Assembly: GCA_963757865.1 (NCBI GenBank)
Contig: CAVWSU010000013.1
Coordinates: forward strand, 320,350-384,349
DNA: 64,000 nucleotides
Source of the DNA: an uncultured Chloroflexia bacterium
Lineage (GTDB): Bacteria > Chloroflexota > Limnocylindria > Limnocylindrales > CSP1-4
Direction of reading: 5' to 3'
Shown here: positions 19,455 through 28,567 of the stretch, in pieces
How the letters are laid out: every line of letters begins with the position of its first letter
Numbering within the stretch: the stretch's first letter is position 1
The notes under the pieces: generated by a model
Seen by the model: only the letters and a program-made list of their open reading frames with translations
Told to the model about the DNA's origin: nothing
Databases searched by the model: none
Program-made: the position numbers and the translations under genes

Positions 19455-20066
19455 CTAGCGTTTCGTCAGGATCCGCTCCAGAACCTCGCCGCTGTCCTCC
19501 ATCGCGTCGATGGCTTCTTCGAGGCCGGCGTAGATCTCCCGCCAGCGCAGCGCGAACATCGCGTCGCTCTGCCCCCTGAAGAGCGCGGCGATCGCCGCCC
19601 GCGAGAGCCCGTCGGCTTCGTGCTCGAGCTCGTGGACCACCTTGAGATGCGGCTCGAGGCCCTTGAACGTAGCCAGTCGGTGGAGCGCGCCGTGGAGCTG
19701 CGACGCGGCAGCCGAGAGGACGCGGACCAGCGCGATCGCCTGTGGAGTGGGCCGATCGATGCCGTTGATGACGAACGCCTCGGCGACCGCCTGGATCTCG
19801 TCGACGACGTCGTCGAGGCGCGACGACAGGGCGTGCACGTCCTCGCGGTCGAAGGGCGTCACGAGCGTCCGCTCCAGTCGGAGCGTGATCTCGCGATCCA
19901 CGATGTCCGCCTCGTGTTCGATGGAGCGGATCTCCGCGATGCGCTCCTCGAGCCGGTCGTACTGCTCGATCAGCGCCGCGAGCTTCTGCGCCGCGTCGAG
20001 CAGATGGTCGGCGAACTGGGCAAACAGCTCGGCGAAGTGCTCGTCGCGGGGGATGAGTCGGTGCAT
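19455..20066 (-). CDS. DUF47 / PhoU-like phosphate transport regulator
   Basis: EHEADIVDREI...TPFDREDVHAL...DDVVD and duplicated EHEAD motif. Confidence 0.88.
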   Translation of the reverse strand: MHRLIPRDEHFAELFAQFADHLLDAAQKLAALIEQYDRLEERIAEIRSIEHEADIVDREITLRLERTLVTPFDREDVHALSSRLDDVVDEIQAVAEAFVINGIDRPTPQAIALVRVLSAAASQLHGALHRLATFKGLEPHLKVVHELEHEADGLSRAAIAALFRGQSDAMFALRWREIYAGLEEAIDAMEDSGEVLERILTKR

Positions 20067-20233
20067 CGGTGCCCTCTGAGCTTGGGACGCGAAGCGGACG
20101 GCCCAAGCGTGGCACGTCCATCAGGACGCTGCTCGCCTCGGGCGCGCTCCGGACGCCGCGCGTCGAGCAGGACCGGGCGCCTCGCGCCCGGGTTCGTACG
20201 CGCGCCGCACCGGATGCTCACGCGAGCGCAGGG

Positions 20234-20725
20234 TCAGGCTGCCCGGGTCGTCCTCGCCGCCTCGTCCATCTCGGTGAACAGCCGCCCTGCCGTCTCGGTG
20301 GTCAGCCGTGCGTCGAGCAGGGGCAGGTAGACCTCCTCTTCCTTGGCGAAGTGGAGCGCGACGATGGCGTGCAGGCCATACAGCACCTGCCGAAGCGCGC
20401 GGACGTCGGGCCGTCCGGCTTGTGCGTCGGACGCCAGCACCTGCAGCTCGTCGCTCATGCGGGCGATCTCGACGTGGTCGCGCGACATCGTCGCGGTCGC
20501 CTGCGCGCCGCCCAATGCCCAGCCGACGATGGGGTAGAGCGCGGCCTCCTCGGCTGCCGCGTGGCGCAGCAGGTGCTGGTGGAGGAAGGCCGAGACGGCG
20601 GTGATGCGCTCGCTCGGAAGGTCGTGCTCGGCGTCGCCGAGCAGGTCGGCAACCGTGAGGATCTCGTCCACCCTGGCGCGCAGCTCGCGATGCTCGTCGC
20701 GCAGTGGTTCGGTCAGGCGGGCCAT
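20234..20725 (-). CDS. Hemerythrin domain protein
   Basis: EH...HAAAEE...H...HFAKEE metal-ligand pattern. Confidence 0.85.
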   Translation of the reverse strand: MARLTEPLRDEHRELRARVDEILTVADLLGDAEHDLPSERITAVSAFLHQHLLRHAAAEEAALYPIVGWALGGAQATATMSRDHVEIARMSDELQVLASDAQAGRPDVRALRQVLYGLHAIVALHFAKEEEVYLPLLDARLTTETAGRLFTEMDEAARTTRAA

Positions 20726-20985
20726 GCGGTACTCCCTGCCGGATTGGAGGCCCCGGGCCGAGCTTCGAGCTCGAACATGCGGTGCCGTGCCTTCGTCCGG
20801 CGTCGTACCGAGCATCCATCGCGCGGCGGGCAGTCGCAGTGATGTCGGTCGGGCAGGTGCAGGCGTGACGTGGCGGGCGCGTTCCCGGGCGACGCGGCAC
20901 AGCGCACGACCTTCACGACAGCCCGATCCCCGCGCCGTGAGCGCGTCGTCGCCTGTCACGGAGGCGACCCGCGTAAGATCGGTCA

Positions 20986-22074
20986 ATGACGCTCGACCGA
21001 TTTGCCGCCCTGGCGGATCCCCTGCGCCGCCGGATCCTGGTCGAGCTGGCGCGCGGCGGCTCGGCGGGCCGGACCGCGGGGGAGCTGGCGAGGGATCTCG
21101 GTCGGGGTCGTCCACTGATCTCGTACCACCTCGAACGGCTCGTCGCCGCGGCACTCATCACCGTGGAGCCCGATCCCGCCGATCGCCGGCGGCGCATCTA
21201 CCGTGCGGCCGGCGCCGCGAAGGCCCCCACCGGCGCCCCGAAGACGGTCGGTGGACCGGGCGCGGAGGGCGTGCCCGGGGGACTCGCGCCGGACGGGACC
21301 GGGATCGCAGGTCAGGCATCGCCGGCGGCGGGTGGGTCGCGCCCGACCGTCCATCCCCTCGTTGCGCCCGCGGATCTGCCCGTCGGTGCCCTGGCGAACG
21401 GGCTCCGGGTGCCGCCCGGCGGTCCGCAGCCCCTGCTCGGTCGGGGGCTCACGCCGGAGGTGCGTGCCCGGCTGAGCCGCCACCTCCAGCGCCACCGGGG
21501 TGCGGCGGGTCAGATCCTCTTCTCGCAGGACGATCCGCCGAGCGGGATCTGGTTCGTCGAATCCGGCGCGGTTCGCCTCTACACCTCGGACGCCGACGGT
21601 CGCGAGCAGACGCTCCAGGTGGTGCGGGCGGGTGCATCGTTCAACGAGGTCCCGTTCTTCGATCTCGGGCCCGAACCGGCGACGGCGCAGGTGGTGGAAC
21701 CGTCCGAGCTGCTCGTGCTGCCGGTCGAGCGTCGCGAGGAGATCCTGCGGGCCGCACCGGAGCTCGCCATCGCGGCGGCGGCGAGCTTCGCCTTCCGCCT
21801 GCGCCAGGCCATCGCGCTGGTGGAGGATCTCTCGTTCCGGCAGCTGGGAGGCCGCGTGGCGCGCGTCCTGCTCCAGGCGGTGGCGCCGCACCCCGGCGTC
21901 GGAGCGGGGTCCGGCGGACGGCCCCTGACCCAGCGCGAGATCGCCGAGATGGTGGGTTCGAGCCGCGAGGTGGTGGCGCGCACGCTGCGCCAGCTCGAGC
22001 GCGAAGGCCTGATCCGCGTCGAACGCGGCCGCATCCTCCTGCTGGATCGGGACGGGCTGGCGTCCCGGGAGTGA
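20986..22074 (+). CDS. ArsR-type HTH fused to a Crp/Fnr regulator
   Basis: N-terminal ALADPLRRRILVEL...ISYHLERL; cNMP-binding domain ILFSQDD...VESGAVRL; C-terminal LTQREIAEMVGSSREVVARTL. TAAGAT 6 nt before the ATG suggests a leaderless start. Confidence 0.8.
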   Translation: MTLDRFAALADPLRRRILVELARGGSAGRTAGELARDLGRGRPLISYHLERLVAAALITVEPDPADRRRRIYRAAGAAKAPTGAPKTVGGPGAEGVPGGLAPDGTGIAGQASPAAGGSRPTVHPLVAPADLPVGALANGLRVPPGGPQPLLGRGLTPEVRARLSRHLQRHRGAAGQILFSQDDPPSGIWFVESGAVRLYTSDADGREQTLQVVRAGASFNEVPFFDLGPEPATAQVVEPSELLVLPVERREEILRAAPELAIAAAASFAFRLRQAIALVEDLSFRQLGGRVARVLLQAVAPHPGVGAGSGGRPLTQREIAEMVGSSREVVARTLRQLEREGLIRVERGRILLLDRDGLASRE

Positions 22075-22225
22075 GGACGCGCGCGTCGGCACGACGCGGT
22101 CCGAGGGCGTGGGCTGGCCACGGCTGACGTCCTGCTTCCCCCGGGGCCGCCACGGCAGGCCGCCGGTTGACCCATCCCCGACGGATGTCACATCGCCGGC
22201 CGGCCCGGACGGCGATCCTGCGGCC

Positions 22226-22510
22226 ATGGCAGCGCACACGGCCGGCATGCAGGCGGACCGGCGGGGACGGTGGGACGAGATCGCGCCGGGGCCGGTCCCG
22301 CGCATCGATGTCGCCGTCTGCACGGCGTGCGGGCTCTGCCTTGTCGTGTGCCCCTCCGGCGCCATCGGCCTCGCGTGGAGTCGCGATGGCGCGATGCTGC
22401 CGTGGATCGACGAGCGACGTTGCGTGTGCTGCGACGAGTGCGAGCGGGCATGTCCCGAGCGTGCCGTCGAGGTTCCGTTCGAGGTTGTCCTGCAGGAGAG
22501 GAGTCGGTGA
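22226..22510 (+). CDS. 2x[4Fe-4S] dicluster ferredoxin
   Basis: CTACGLCLVVCP and CVCCDECERACP motifs; start uncertain. Confidence 0.85.
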   Translation: MAAHTAGMQADRRGRWDEIAPGPVPRIDVAVCTACGLCLVVCPSGAIGLAWSRDGAMLPWIDERRCVCCDECERACPERAVEVPFEVVLQERSR

Positions 22511-22824
22511 TGAGCGACGTGAAGACGGATGTCCCGGCCGTGGGCCCCGATGCGCCAGGGTCGGCGGGTGCGCCGGCGGTGAGTGCCGCCGTCCGGGAGA
22601 TCCGGGCCGCGGACATCGACGTGAGCGTGCGCCACCAGACGATCATGGGCGCCATCGACGCGCTGGGGCCCGGTCAGGCCGTGCGGCTGCGCGTGGACCA
22701 CGAACCCAGGCCGCTCTTCTACATGCTCCAGGCCGAACGGCCCGGCCTGGTGAGCTGGGAGCCCGAGCTGGAGGGGCCACGAGAGTGGGTCGTGCTCGTG
22801 CGCCGGCTGCCCGGCGACGCCTGA
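22510..22824 (+). CDS. DUF2249 domain protein
   Basis: RHQTIMGAIDALGPGQAVRLRVDHEPRPLFYML...WEPELEGPREWVV. Confidence 0.8.
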   Translation: MSDVKTDVPAVGPDAPGSAGAPAVSAAVREIRAADIDVSVRHQTIMGAIDALGPGQAVRLRVDHEPRPLFYMLQAERPGLVSWEPELEGPREWVVLVRRLPGDA

Positions 22825-22828
22825 GCTG

Positions 22829-23473
22829 ATGCGGGGGACCGGGTCGATGCTTCAGGGCCGCGGGGACGGGTCGCAGATCGGGGCCACTGTTGTCGTGCTC
22901 GTCGCGCTCACCAGCAGCGCGGCAGGGATCATCCACCTCCTGGTCGCGCCCGAGCACCTGGCCGAGATCCCGTGGCTGGGGAGGGCGTTCCTCGTCACGG
23001 GGTGGCTGCAGGTCATGTTCGGCTGGGCGTGCCTGCTTCGCGCCCCTGGCCGGCGCGGCGCAGCCCTCGCCGCGGCCATCAACGTCGCCTTCATCGGCGT
23101 GTGGGCGTGGTCACGGACGGTCGGCTGGCCGATCGAAGCCCCGGGCGAACCGATCCAGGCGATCGATCTGACGTGCGTCGCGTTCGAAGGCCTCACGGCA
23201 GCACTGCTCGTGTGGACCGCCGCGCGGCCGCTCGCATCCCTGGGCTGGCGCCGCGACGGAGTGGGCATCGTGGCAGCCGTGCTGGCGGCCGTCGTCGTGA
23301 GCGCGGCGCTCCTCCTGACCCCGCCGGACACCAACGGGATGAACGGGAGCGCATTCGACCGTGCGGGTGAGGGCACCGGCTCGGCACGCACGATCCCGTC
23401 GATCGGACGGGACGCGGCCGGCACGCCCGCGGTCGTGGCGCGCGCCTCGACCGCAACGACCCGGCGCCAGTGA
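22829..23473 (+). CDS. Hypothetical membrane protein with a His-containing TM motif
   Basis: About five TM segments, AGIIHLLVAPEH; no confident family. Confidence 0.6.
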   Translation: MRGTGSMLQGRGDGSQIGATVVVLVALTSSAAGIIHLLVAPEHLAEIPWLGRAFLVTGWLQVMFGWACLLRAPGRRGAALAAAINVAFIGVWAWSRTVGWPIEAPGEPIQAIDLTCVAFEGLTAALLVWTAARPLASLGWRRDGVGIVAAVLAAVVVSAALLLTPPDTNGMNGSAFDRAGEGTGSARTIPSIGRDAAGTPAVVARASTATTRRQ

Positions 23474-24255
23474 ACGCCGCCACGCTCGACGCCGGCGGAC
23501 GGTCGGGCGAGCGGGTGCCATGGATCCCACGCCAGCACGGCGCCTGGGCGATGCTCGCCGTCAGCGCCCTGCTCGGCACGGCGGCCAGCCATGTCGATCT
23601 CCGGCAGCTCGTCCTCTCGGTGACCGCCGTGAGCGGCTACCTGGCGTCGAGCGCGGGCCTCGACTGGATCCGCGCGCGCCGCCGGGTCTATCTCGAGCCC
23701 GTCGCGGTCTTCGGTGCCGTGTGCGTGGCGTCGGGCGGGTCCCTCCTCGTCGCGTTCCCGGCGCTGGGCGTCGTCGCCGCCGTGGTCGCGGTGGCCGCGG
23801 CCGTGACCGCCGCCATGGCCCGGCTTGGGCATCCGCGCAGCCTGGTCGCGAGTCTCGCCCAGGTGGCACAGGCGGCCTGCCTCGTTCCCGCGATGGCGCT
23901 GGTTGCCGGGGCCGGCAGCGAGCCGACGACGGTCGCACGTGCCACCGTCGTCGCGGGCCTCTACCTCGCCGGCTCGGTGCTGGTCGTGCGCTCGATGATC
24001 CGCGAGCGGGGCAATCGCCCCTTCCGGGCAGTCTCGATCGGGTATCACGTCGGCGTCGTGGTCGTCGAGGCGTGGCTGCTGCCCGCCGCGTACGCCGTGC
24101 TCGCAGCTGCCCTCGTCATCCGCGCGGTCGGGCTACCCGCCCTGCAGGACCGACTCGCGGCCGGGCCTCGCCGCCTGCGGCCCATCCACCTCGGGCTGGT
24201 CGAGTTCGCCGCATCCGCGGCGTTGGCGGCGGCGGCCTTCCTCGTCGGGTTCTGA
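23470..24255 (+). CDS. YwiC-like family membrane protein
   Basis: WIPRQHGAWAML N-terminal signature, VRSMIRER, GLVE. Confidence 0.85.
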   Translation: MNAATLDAGGRSGERVPWIPRQHGAWAMLAVSALLGTAASHVDLRQLVLSVTAVSGYLASSAGLDWIRARRRVYLEPVAVFGAVCVASGGSLLVAFPALGVVAAVVAVAAAVTAAMARLGHPRSLVASLAQVAQAACLVPAMALVAGAGSEPTTVARATVVAGLYLAGSVLVVRSMIRERGNRPFRAVSIGYHVGVVVVEAWLLPAAYAVLAAALVIRAVGLPALQDRLAAGPRRLRPIHLGLVEFAASAALAAAAFLVGF

Positions 24256-24416
24256 CCATCCGAACTGACCGTGGCGACGCGGATCCGCGACACCGCTGCG
24301 CGATCGCGTCAGGCCGGAGAGGCGTCGATCACGAGCCCGTGTCCGAGTGGGCCCACCCACCCTGGTTTCCCCACCCCAGGCAATGGTGCCGGGGTGCCCG
24401 GCCCTGCTCCGGGCCC

Positions 24417-25397
24417 TCACACTCCATGCAGGGACAGGACCCGCCGCGGATTCTCGACCGTCATCCGGTGGATCGCGTCGTCGGATACGCCGGCGGCGCG
24501 GAGGCGCGGCAGGTACGTGTCCTGCAGGTACGTGTAGCCGTGGCCGCCGTACGCGGCCAGCTGCAGCGTATGGCAGACATCCTGCGAGAGCAGCAGGTGA
24601 TCCGCGTGCCCTCGACCGATCAGGTCGCAGAGCAGCCGTTCGCCGCGGGGCTCCATGGCCGCGTCCAGGCGGGAGAAGTCCATGCCCAGGAAGTCGAACT
24701 CGATGGATGCCCCACGCTCCAGCAGCGCGAGGTGGTAGTCGAGATAGGGGTACGAGTCGACGTGGCCGATCACGATGCGCCCCGGGTCGAGCCCCTCGTC
24801 CAGGAGCACGCCGAGCTGGGCGAGACCGACGCGCGATTGGGCCGCGTGGGTCGTCACCGCCATGCCGGTCGCCTTCGCCGCCCGTGCGCACGCTCGAAAG
24901 ACCCGCTCCTCCTGGGCCGACATCCAGGGCTTGTCGGTGCCGATCTCGCCGATGATCCCCGGCCTGATCCCGGTACCGGCCACCCCGTCGTGGAACTCCC
25001 GTATCAGCTCCTCGGCCAGCTCGTCGACGGAGCGTCGGTCCACCAGGGCCTCGACCGGGTAGTAGGCCTGGCGGTACCAGCCCGAGCCCATCACGATGGG
25101 CAACCCCGTGCGTTCCGAGAGCCGGCGCAGGCGCATCGCGTCCCGGCCCAGTCCGTGGTTGGTGACGTCGACCAGGCACGTCCCGCCACGTGCGCGGAAG
25201 CGCTCCAGCTCCGGCGCGATCACATCCTCGTCCCGGATCAGCTCCCAGTAATCCCAGCGGTTCTGGATGTGCCAGAGCTCGAGGCCGGTGTGCTCGTGCG
25301 GCAGGATGAAGCCGAGCGTTCCGGCGGCCACCGTGCCGGTGACCGTCTGGACGATCGGCTCCCGCGGCGGATGGCTCGAAGACGGTGACGCCGACAT
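24417..25397 (-). CDS. Phosphotriesterase-related protein (amidohydrolase superfamily)
   Basis: LPHEH, GIIGEIG, TTH, IGHVD, LSQDVC metal-binding motifs. Confidence 0.9.
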   Translation of the reverse strand: MSASPSSSHPPREPIVQTVTGTVAAGTLGFILPHEHTGLELWHIQNRWDYWELIRDEDVIAPELERFRARGGTCLVDVTNHGLGRDAMRLRRLSERTGLPIVMGSGWYRQAYYPVEALVDRRSVDELAEELIREFHDGVAGTGIRPGIIGEIGTDKPWMSAQEERVFRACARAAKATGMAVTTHAAQSRVGLAQLGVLLDEGLDPGRIVIGHVDSYPYLDYHLALLERGASIEFDFLGMDFSRLDAAMEPRGERLLCDLIGRGHADHLLLSQDVCHTLQLAAYGGHGYTYLQDTYLPRLRAAGVSDDAIHRMTVENPRRVLSLHGV

Positions 25398-25517
25398 GGC
25401 GACATCATCGCGCACTTGCCGGCGTGCGGTTCGCAGGGTGCGCGCGGTCGTGTTCACCGCCGCCGAGCCGCGCCCCCGCTGCCCCAGGGCGCAGTGGTGA
25501 TCCCTTCGGCGACCTGC

Positions 25518-26612
25518 CTATGCGGAGGGGGAGACGATCTCACCCTGTGCTGGCGTCTTCAGCAACGCCGGTCCGAGCACGTAGTAGCGTCCGCGCTTTT
25601 CGCCGGTGGCTCGCAGCCAACCGTCCTTCACCGCGGCCTCGAGGTCACGGGTCGTGTTCTGCGGCGACCGCCCCGTGAGGCGGATGTAGTCCCCGGCTCG
25701 CAGGTGCCGATTGACCCATGCGTAGGCGAGCCCGTCGATCATCGCGGGCGGGAGCGACCCATCTGTGATCGCCCGGCGGATCTCGACCATGACATCGCCG
25801 AGGCCTCGGAGCCTTGCCAGAACGTAATCGGCCGATCGGGTGATCGACGTCACGAAGTAGCGGGCGAAGGGCGTTGCGTCATACCCCGGCGCGTAGTCTT
25901 GGCCGAGCGTGTCGCGGATGGCGGCGAAGTAGGCGGATCGGTCCAGATCGAGTTGAGCGTCGAGCGAGACCAGACCGCCGAGGGCGTAGCCGTCGCGCAC
26001 GAGGATCAACCGGGCGATCGCGCGTGCCGTCCGCCCGTTGCCGTCGTTGAACGGGTGGATGGCGACGAACTCGAGGTGGGCGAGGGCCGCGACGACAGGA
26101 GGAGCGTGACGCCTGGTTGCCGTAGCGAGCCAGGCGGCCAACTCGCGCATGAGCTCGGGGACGTCGCCAGAGGGGGGCGTCCTGAAGGTCGGGCTGCCGT
26201 CCGCGTCCACGACCCGGTTCTCACCACGGCGATACTCGCCCGGCGTGAGCAGCGGGCTCTGGTTCCATAGCACCCGCCGATGCAGCTCTCTGATGACGGC
26301 CTCGTCGGGAACGACGCGCGTCGCGGCCAGTTCGTCGGCGAGCGTCAGCGCGTCACGTGTACCGATGATCTCGCGAGCCTCCTTGTCACTGACCTTGGTC
26401 GAGCCCTCTCCGGCGAGCAGCGCCGCGACCTCGACGTCGGAGGCGGTATTGCCCTCGATACGGGCGGTGCCGTGGATGGTCCGCACCCACGCGCGGCGCC
26501 GCATCCACTCGGCGTGGGTGGGGTCGATCGGCAGGTTATCGAACAGCCAGCGCCGCTGCTCGAGGTCGGCAAGCGGCTTGGCAAGGGCGCGCCCGCGCAG
26601 TCGGTATCGCAT
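25518..26612 (-). CDS. Fic family protein with C-terminal winged HTH
   Basis: Canonical HPFNDGNGRTAR; N-terminal inhibitory TARIEG motif; C-terminal TTRDLEAAVKDGWL...GEKRGRYY. Confidence 0.9.
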   Translation of the reverse strand: MRYRLRGRALAKPLADLEQRRWLFDNLPIDPTHAEWMRRRAWVRTIHGTARIEGNTASDVEVAALLAGEGSTKVSDKEAREIIGTRDALTLADELAATRVVPDEAVIRELHRRVLWNQSPLLTPGEYRRGENRVVDADGSPTFRTPPSGDVPELMRELAAWLATATRRHAPPVVAALAHLEFVAIHPFNDGNGRTARAIARLILVRDGYALGGLVSLDAQLDLDRSAYFAAIRDTLGQDYAPGYDATPFARYFVTSITRSADYVLARLRGLGDVMVEIRRAITDGSLPPAMIDGLAYAWVNRHLRAGDYIRLTGRSPQNTTRDLEAAVKDGWLRATGEKRGRYYVLGPALLKTPAQGEIVSPSA

Positions 26613-26622
26613 GAGGGCCTCT

Positions 26623-26672
26623 GGTAATCGTGTCAAGTATTACCGCAGACGGTAAAATGTCAAGGTATTACC
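26623..26672. promoter_or_regulatory. Two tandem palindromic operators in the fic promoter
   Basis: GGTAAT-N10-ATTACC (26623-26644) and GGTAAA-N10-ATTACC (26651-26672), each enclosing TTGACA on the minus strand. Confidence 0.65.
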
Positions 26673-26997
26673 GCCCTCGCGAAGCCCCTCACGACGCCTG
26701 CCCGGCGGGGAGCGAGGCGCGCGTTCGTCGCAATCGGCCACACGATCCTCGGCATCGTCTATCACGCCATCCGAACCGGTAGACCATACGAGGACCTCGG
26801 CCCCACGTACTTGGACGCCGCCCCGAGCGGGAGCACGCACCTGGCGAGCCACCGGCGAACAGGGCTCCGTGCGGGCGCGTCGTGACGCCGACCGCGTCAC
26901 CAGGCGGCTCACGCGTCGCCTCGAGGATCTCGGGTATGACGTGGTCCTCCGTGAGGTCCACGGCTGAGCCGCCGCCGGCGATGTTCGAGGCAGGCTC

Positions 26998-27384
26998 TCA
27001 GGCGTCGCCGGCGCGGCGCAGGCGCTCCAGTTCCCGGCGGAGGCGCTTGCTCGGCCGTCCCTCACCGCGCACAGCCATGATCCCCGGCCGGACTTCCGTC
27101 ACCACCGGCGGCGGGGTGTGGTCCACGTAGCATGTCACGGCGACGGGGGCGCCGACGCGCGACTCGATCGGCCGCACGACCTCGACGATGCGTTCCCGCC
27201 CGGCGATCAGCGCGTCGATGCGGTCGCCGGCGCGGACCTTTGTCGAAGGCTTCGCGTCGTTTCCGTTCACGCGGACGTGTCCGGCGTCGCACAGCTGCGT
27301 CGCCGCCGGGCGCGTCTTCACGAGCCGCACCGCGCACAGCCAGCGGTCGATGCGGGTCTCGTCGGTCGCAGCGGGATCAGCCAT
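26998..27384 (-). CDS. RNA-binding S4 domain protein (Hsp15-like)
   Basis: RIDRWLCAVRLVKTR...GHVRVNG...KPS...GRPSKRLRRELERL. Confidence 0.88.
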   Translation of the reverse strand: MADPAATDETRIDRWLCAVRLVKTRPAATQLCDAGHVRVNGNDAKPSTKVRAGDRIDALIAGRERIVEVVRPIESRVGAPVAVTCYVDHTPPPVVTEVRPGIMAVRGEGRPSKRLRRELERLRRAGDA

Positions 27385-27528
27385 GCGCTCCAGGATCGCA
27401 CGGGTCGACGCGCGGGGCTCCAGCCCGGGGTCAGCCTGACGACGACGAACGACCGCGGTCGAGCGAGACACGAGGTGCCTGTCTCGGCACTCCGCCGCCG
27501 CCGCCCGAGGCCCGGGTCAGGGGAGGAA

Positions 27529-27604
27529 TGGTGGAGATGAGGGGACTCGAACCCCTGACCCCCGCGATGCGAACGCGGTGCTCTCCCAGCTGAGCTACAT
27601 CCCC
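27529..27604 (-). tRNA. tRNA-Ala(CGC)
   Basis: Reverse complement GGGGATGTAGCTCAGCTGGGAGAGCACCGCGTTCGCATCGCGGGGGTCAGGGGTTCGAGTCCCCTCATCTCCACCA: 76 nt, G3-U70 pair, CCA encoded. Confidence 0.97.
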
Positions 27605-27704
27605 ACAGAACAGGCCAAAGGCCCGCACCCGCCAGGGCGCATGGGAGTGTAGCAGGTCGGATCGGCGCGGTATCGTGGCAACACGCCCCCCGACGAGGAA
27701 TCCG

Positions 27705-28424
27705 ATGCAACCCACACTCTCTCCCGGCCTGCGCCTGCTCCCGATCGAGCGTGCCGCGACGCTCGTCGCACGCCTCGGGTTCGTGCTCGTGCACGATGAC
27801 CGGCTGGGCGAGATATCCGCGCCGTCCGGCTCGCACCTCGTGGTGGCCCTTCGCGACCGGCCGACGCTGACGCATTTCGACCCCGAGCGGATGACGTGGT
27901 TCGTGACTTCGGGCGCCAAGGGCCAGGCGGTGGAGTTCCACCGGTCGCGGGCGCTCATCGAGCGGATGGACATCGCGTGGGGTCACATCCACCTGTTCGA
28001 CCGTCTCGAGGTGCAGAACGCGTTCATGACGTTCGGGGGCGTCGTGCGCGCCGTGCAGGCGGACCCGGAGACCACGCTCGTCGTGATCGACTCACCCGTG
28101 CCCATCCTGCGCTGGAGCGGGCACAGCCAGGACGTCGACCCCGTGGCGCCGGAAGTCGCGGCGTTCTTCGCCCGGCTGCTGGTGCCGATCGATTTCACGC
28201 CGGGCGCCGAGGGTCGGATCGCGGCCCTCGCCCCCATGGGGCTGTACGCGGCGTTCGTCGGCGACCTTCGCGGGCGGTACCAGGCGGCCCGCATCCTGCG
28301 GCAGGCCCATCCGCAGCTCAACGAGTGGCTGACGCGCGAGGCGCATCGCCTGGAGACGGGCTGGCCGGCCGACTGGGAAGCGGGCCACCAGCTGCTGCTC
28401 GAGCTGGCGCTGACGGCGGTCTGA
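27705..28424 (+). CDS. Hypothetical protein
   Basis: GAGGA RBS before ATG 27705; globular composition; no family recognised. Confidence 0.65.
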   Translation: MQPTLSPGLRLLPIERAATLVARLGFVLVHDDRLGEISAPSGSHLVVALRDRPTLTHFDPERMTWFVTSGAKGQAVEFHRSRALIERMDIAWGHIHLFDRLEVQNAFMTFGGVVRAVQADPETTLVVIDSPVPILRWSGHSQDVDPVAPEVAAFFARLLVPIDFTPGAEGRIAALAPMGLYAAFVGDLRGRYQAARILRQAHPQLNEWLTREAHRLETGWPADWEAGHQLLLELALTAV

Positions 28425-28529
28425 CGGCTGATCGTCGGACCCGGGCGCGTCGCCAGCGCGAGGCCGGCATCGCGGCACGTGACGGCCGCCCGAGGGACGC
28501 GGGCCGGAGGGAGAAGCGGCCGCAGGCCA

Positions 28530-28557
28530 TTGACAAATAGAACGTCTGTTCTATCAT
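28530..28557 (+). promoter_or_regulatory. LexA-repressed promoter (SOS box) of imuA
   Basis: TTGACA-N16-TATCAT with TAGAACGTCTGTTCTA (GAAC-N4-GTTC) in the spacer. Confidence 0.88.
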
Positions 28558-28567
28558 GAGTCGGGCG

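Noticed and set aside
26689-26961. 90-aa ORF between fic and the S4 gene
   Set aside because: No motif or clear RBS; may be a remnant or non-coding.
25518-27604. Genomic island integrated at tRNA-Ala carrying fic
   Set aside because: I found no duplicated tRNA 3' end and no integrase.
27529-27604. tRNA-Ala with the less common CGC anticodon as a novelty
   Set aside because: Expected in some high-GC lineages; canonical structure.
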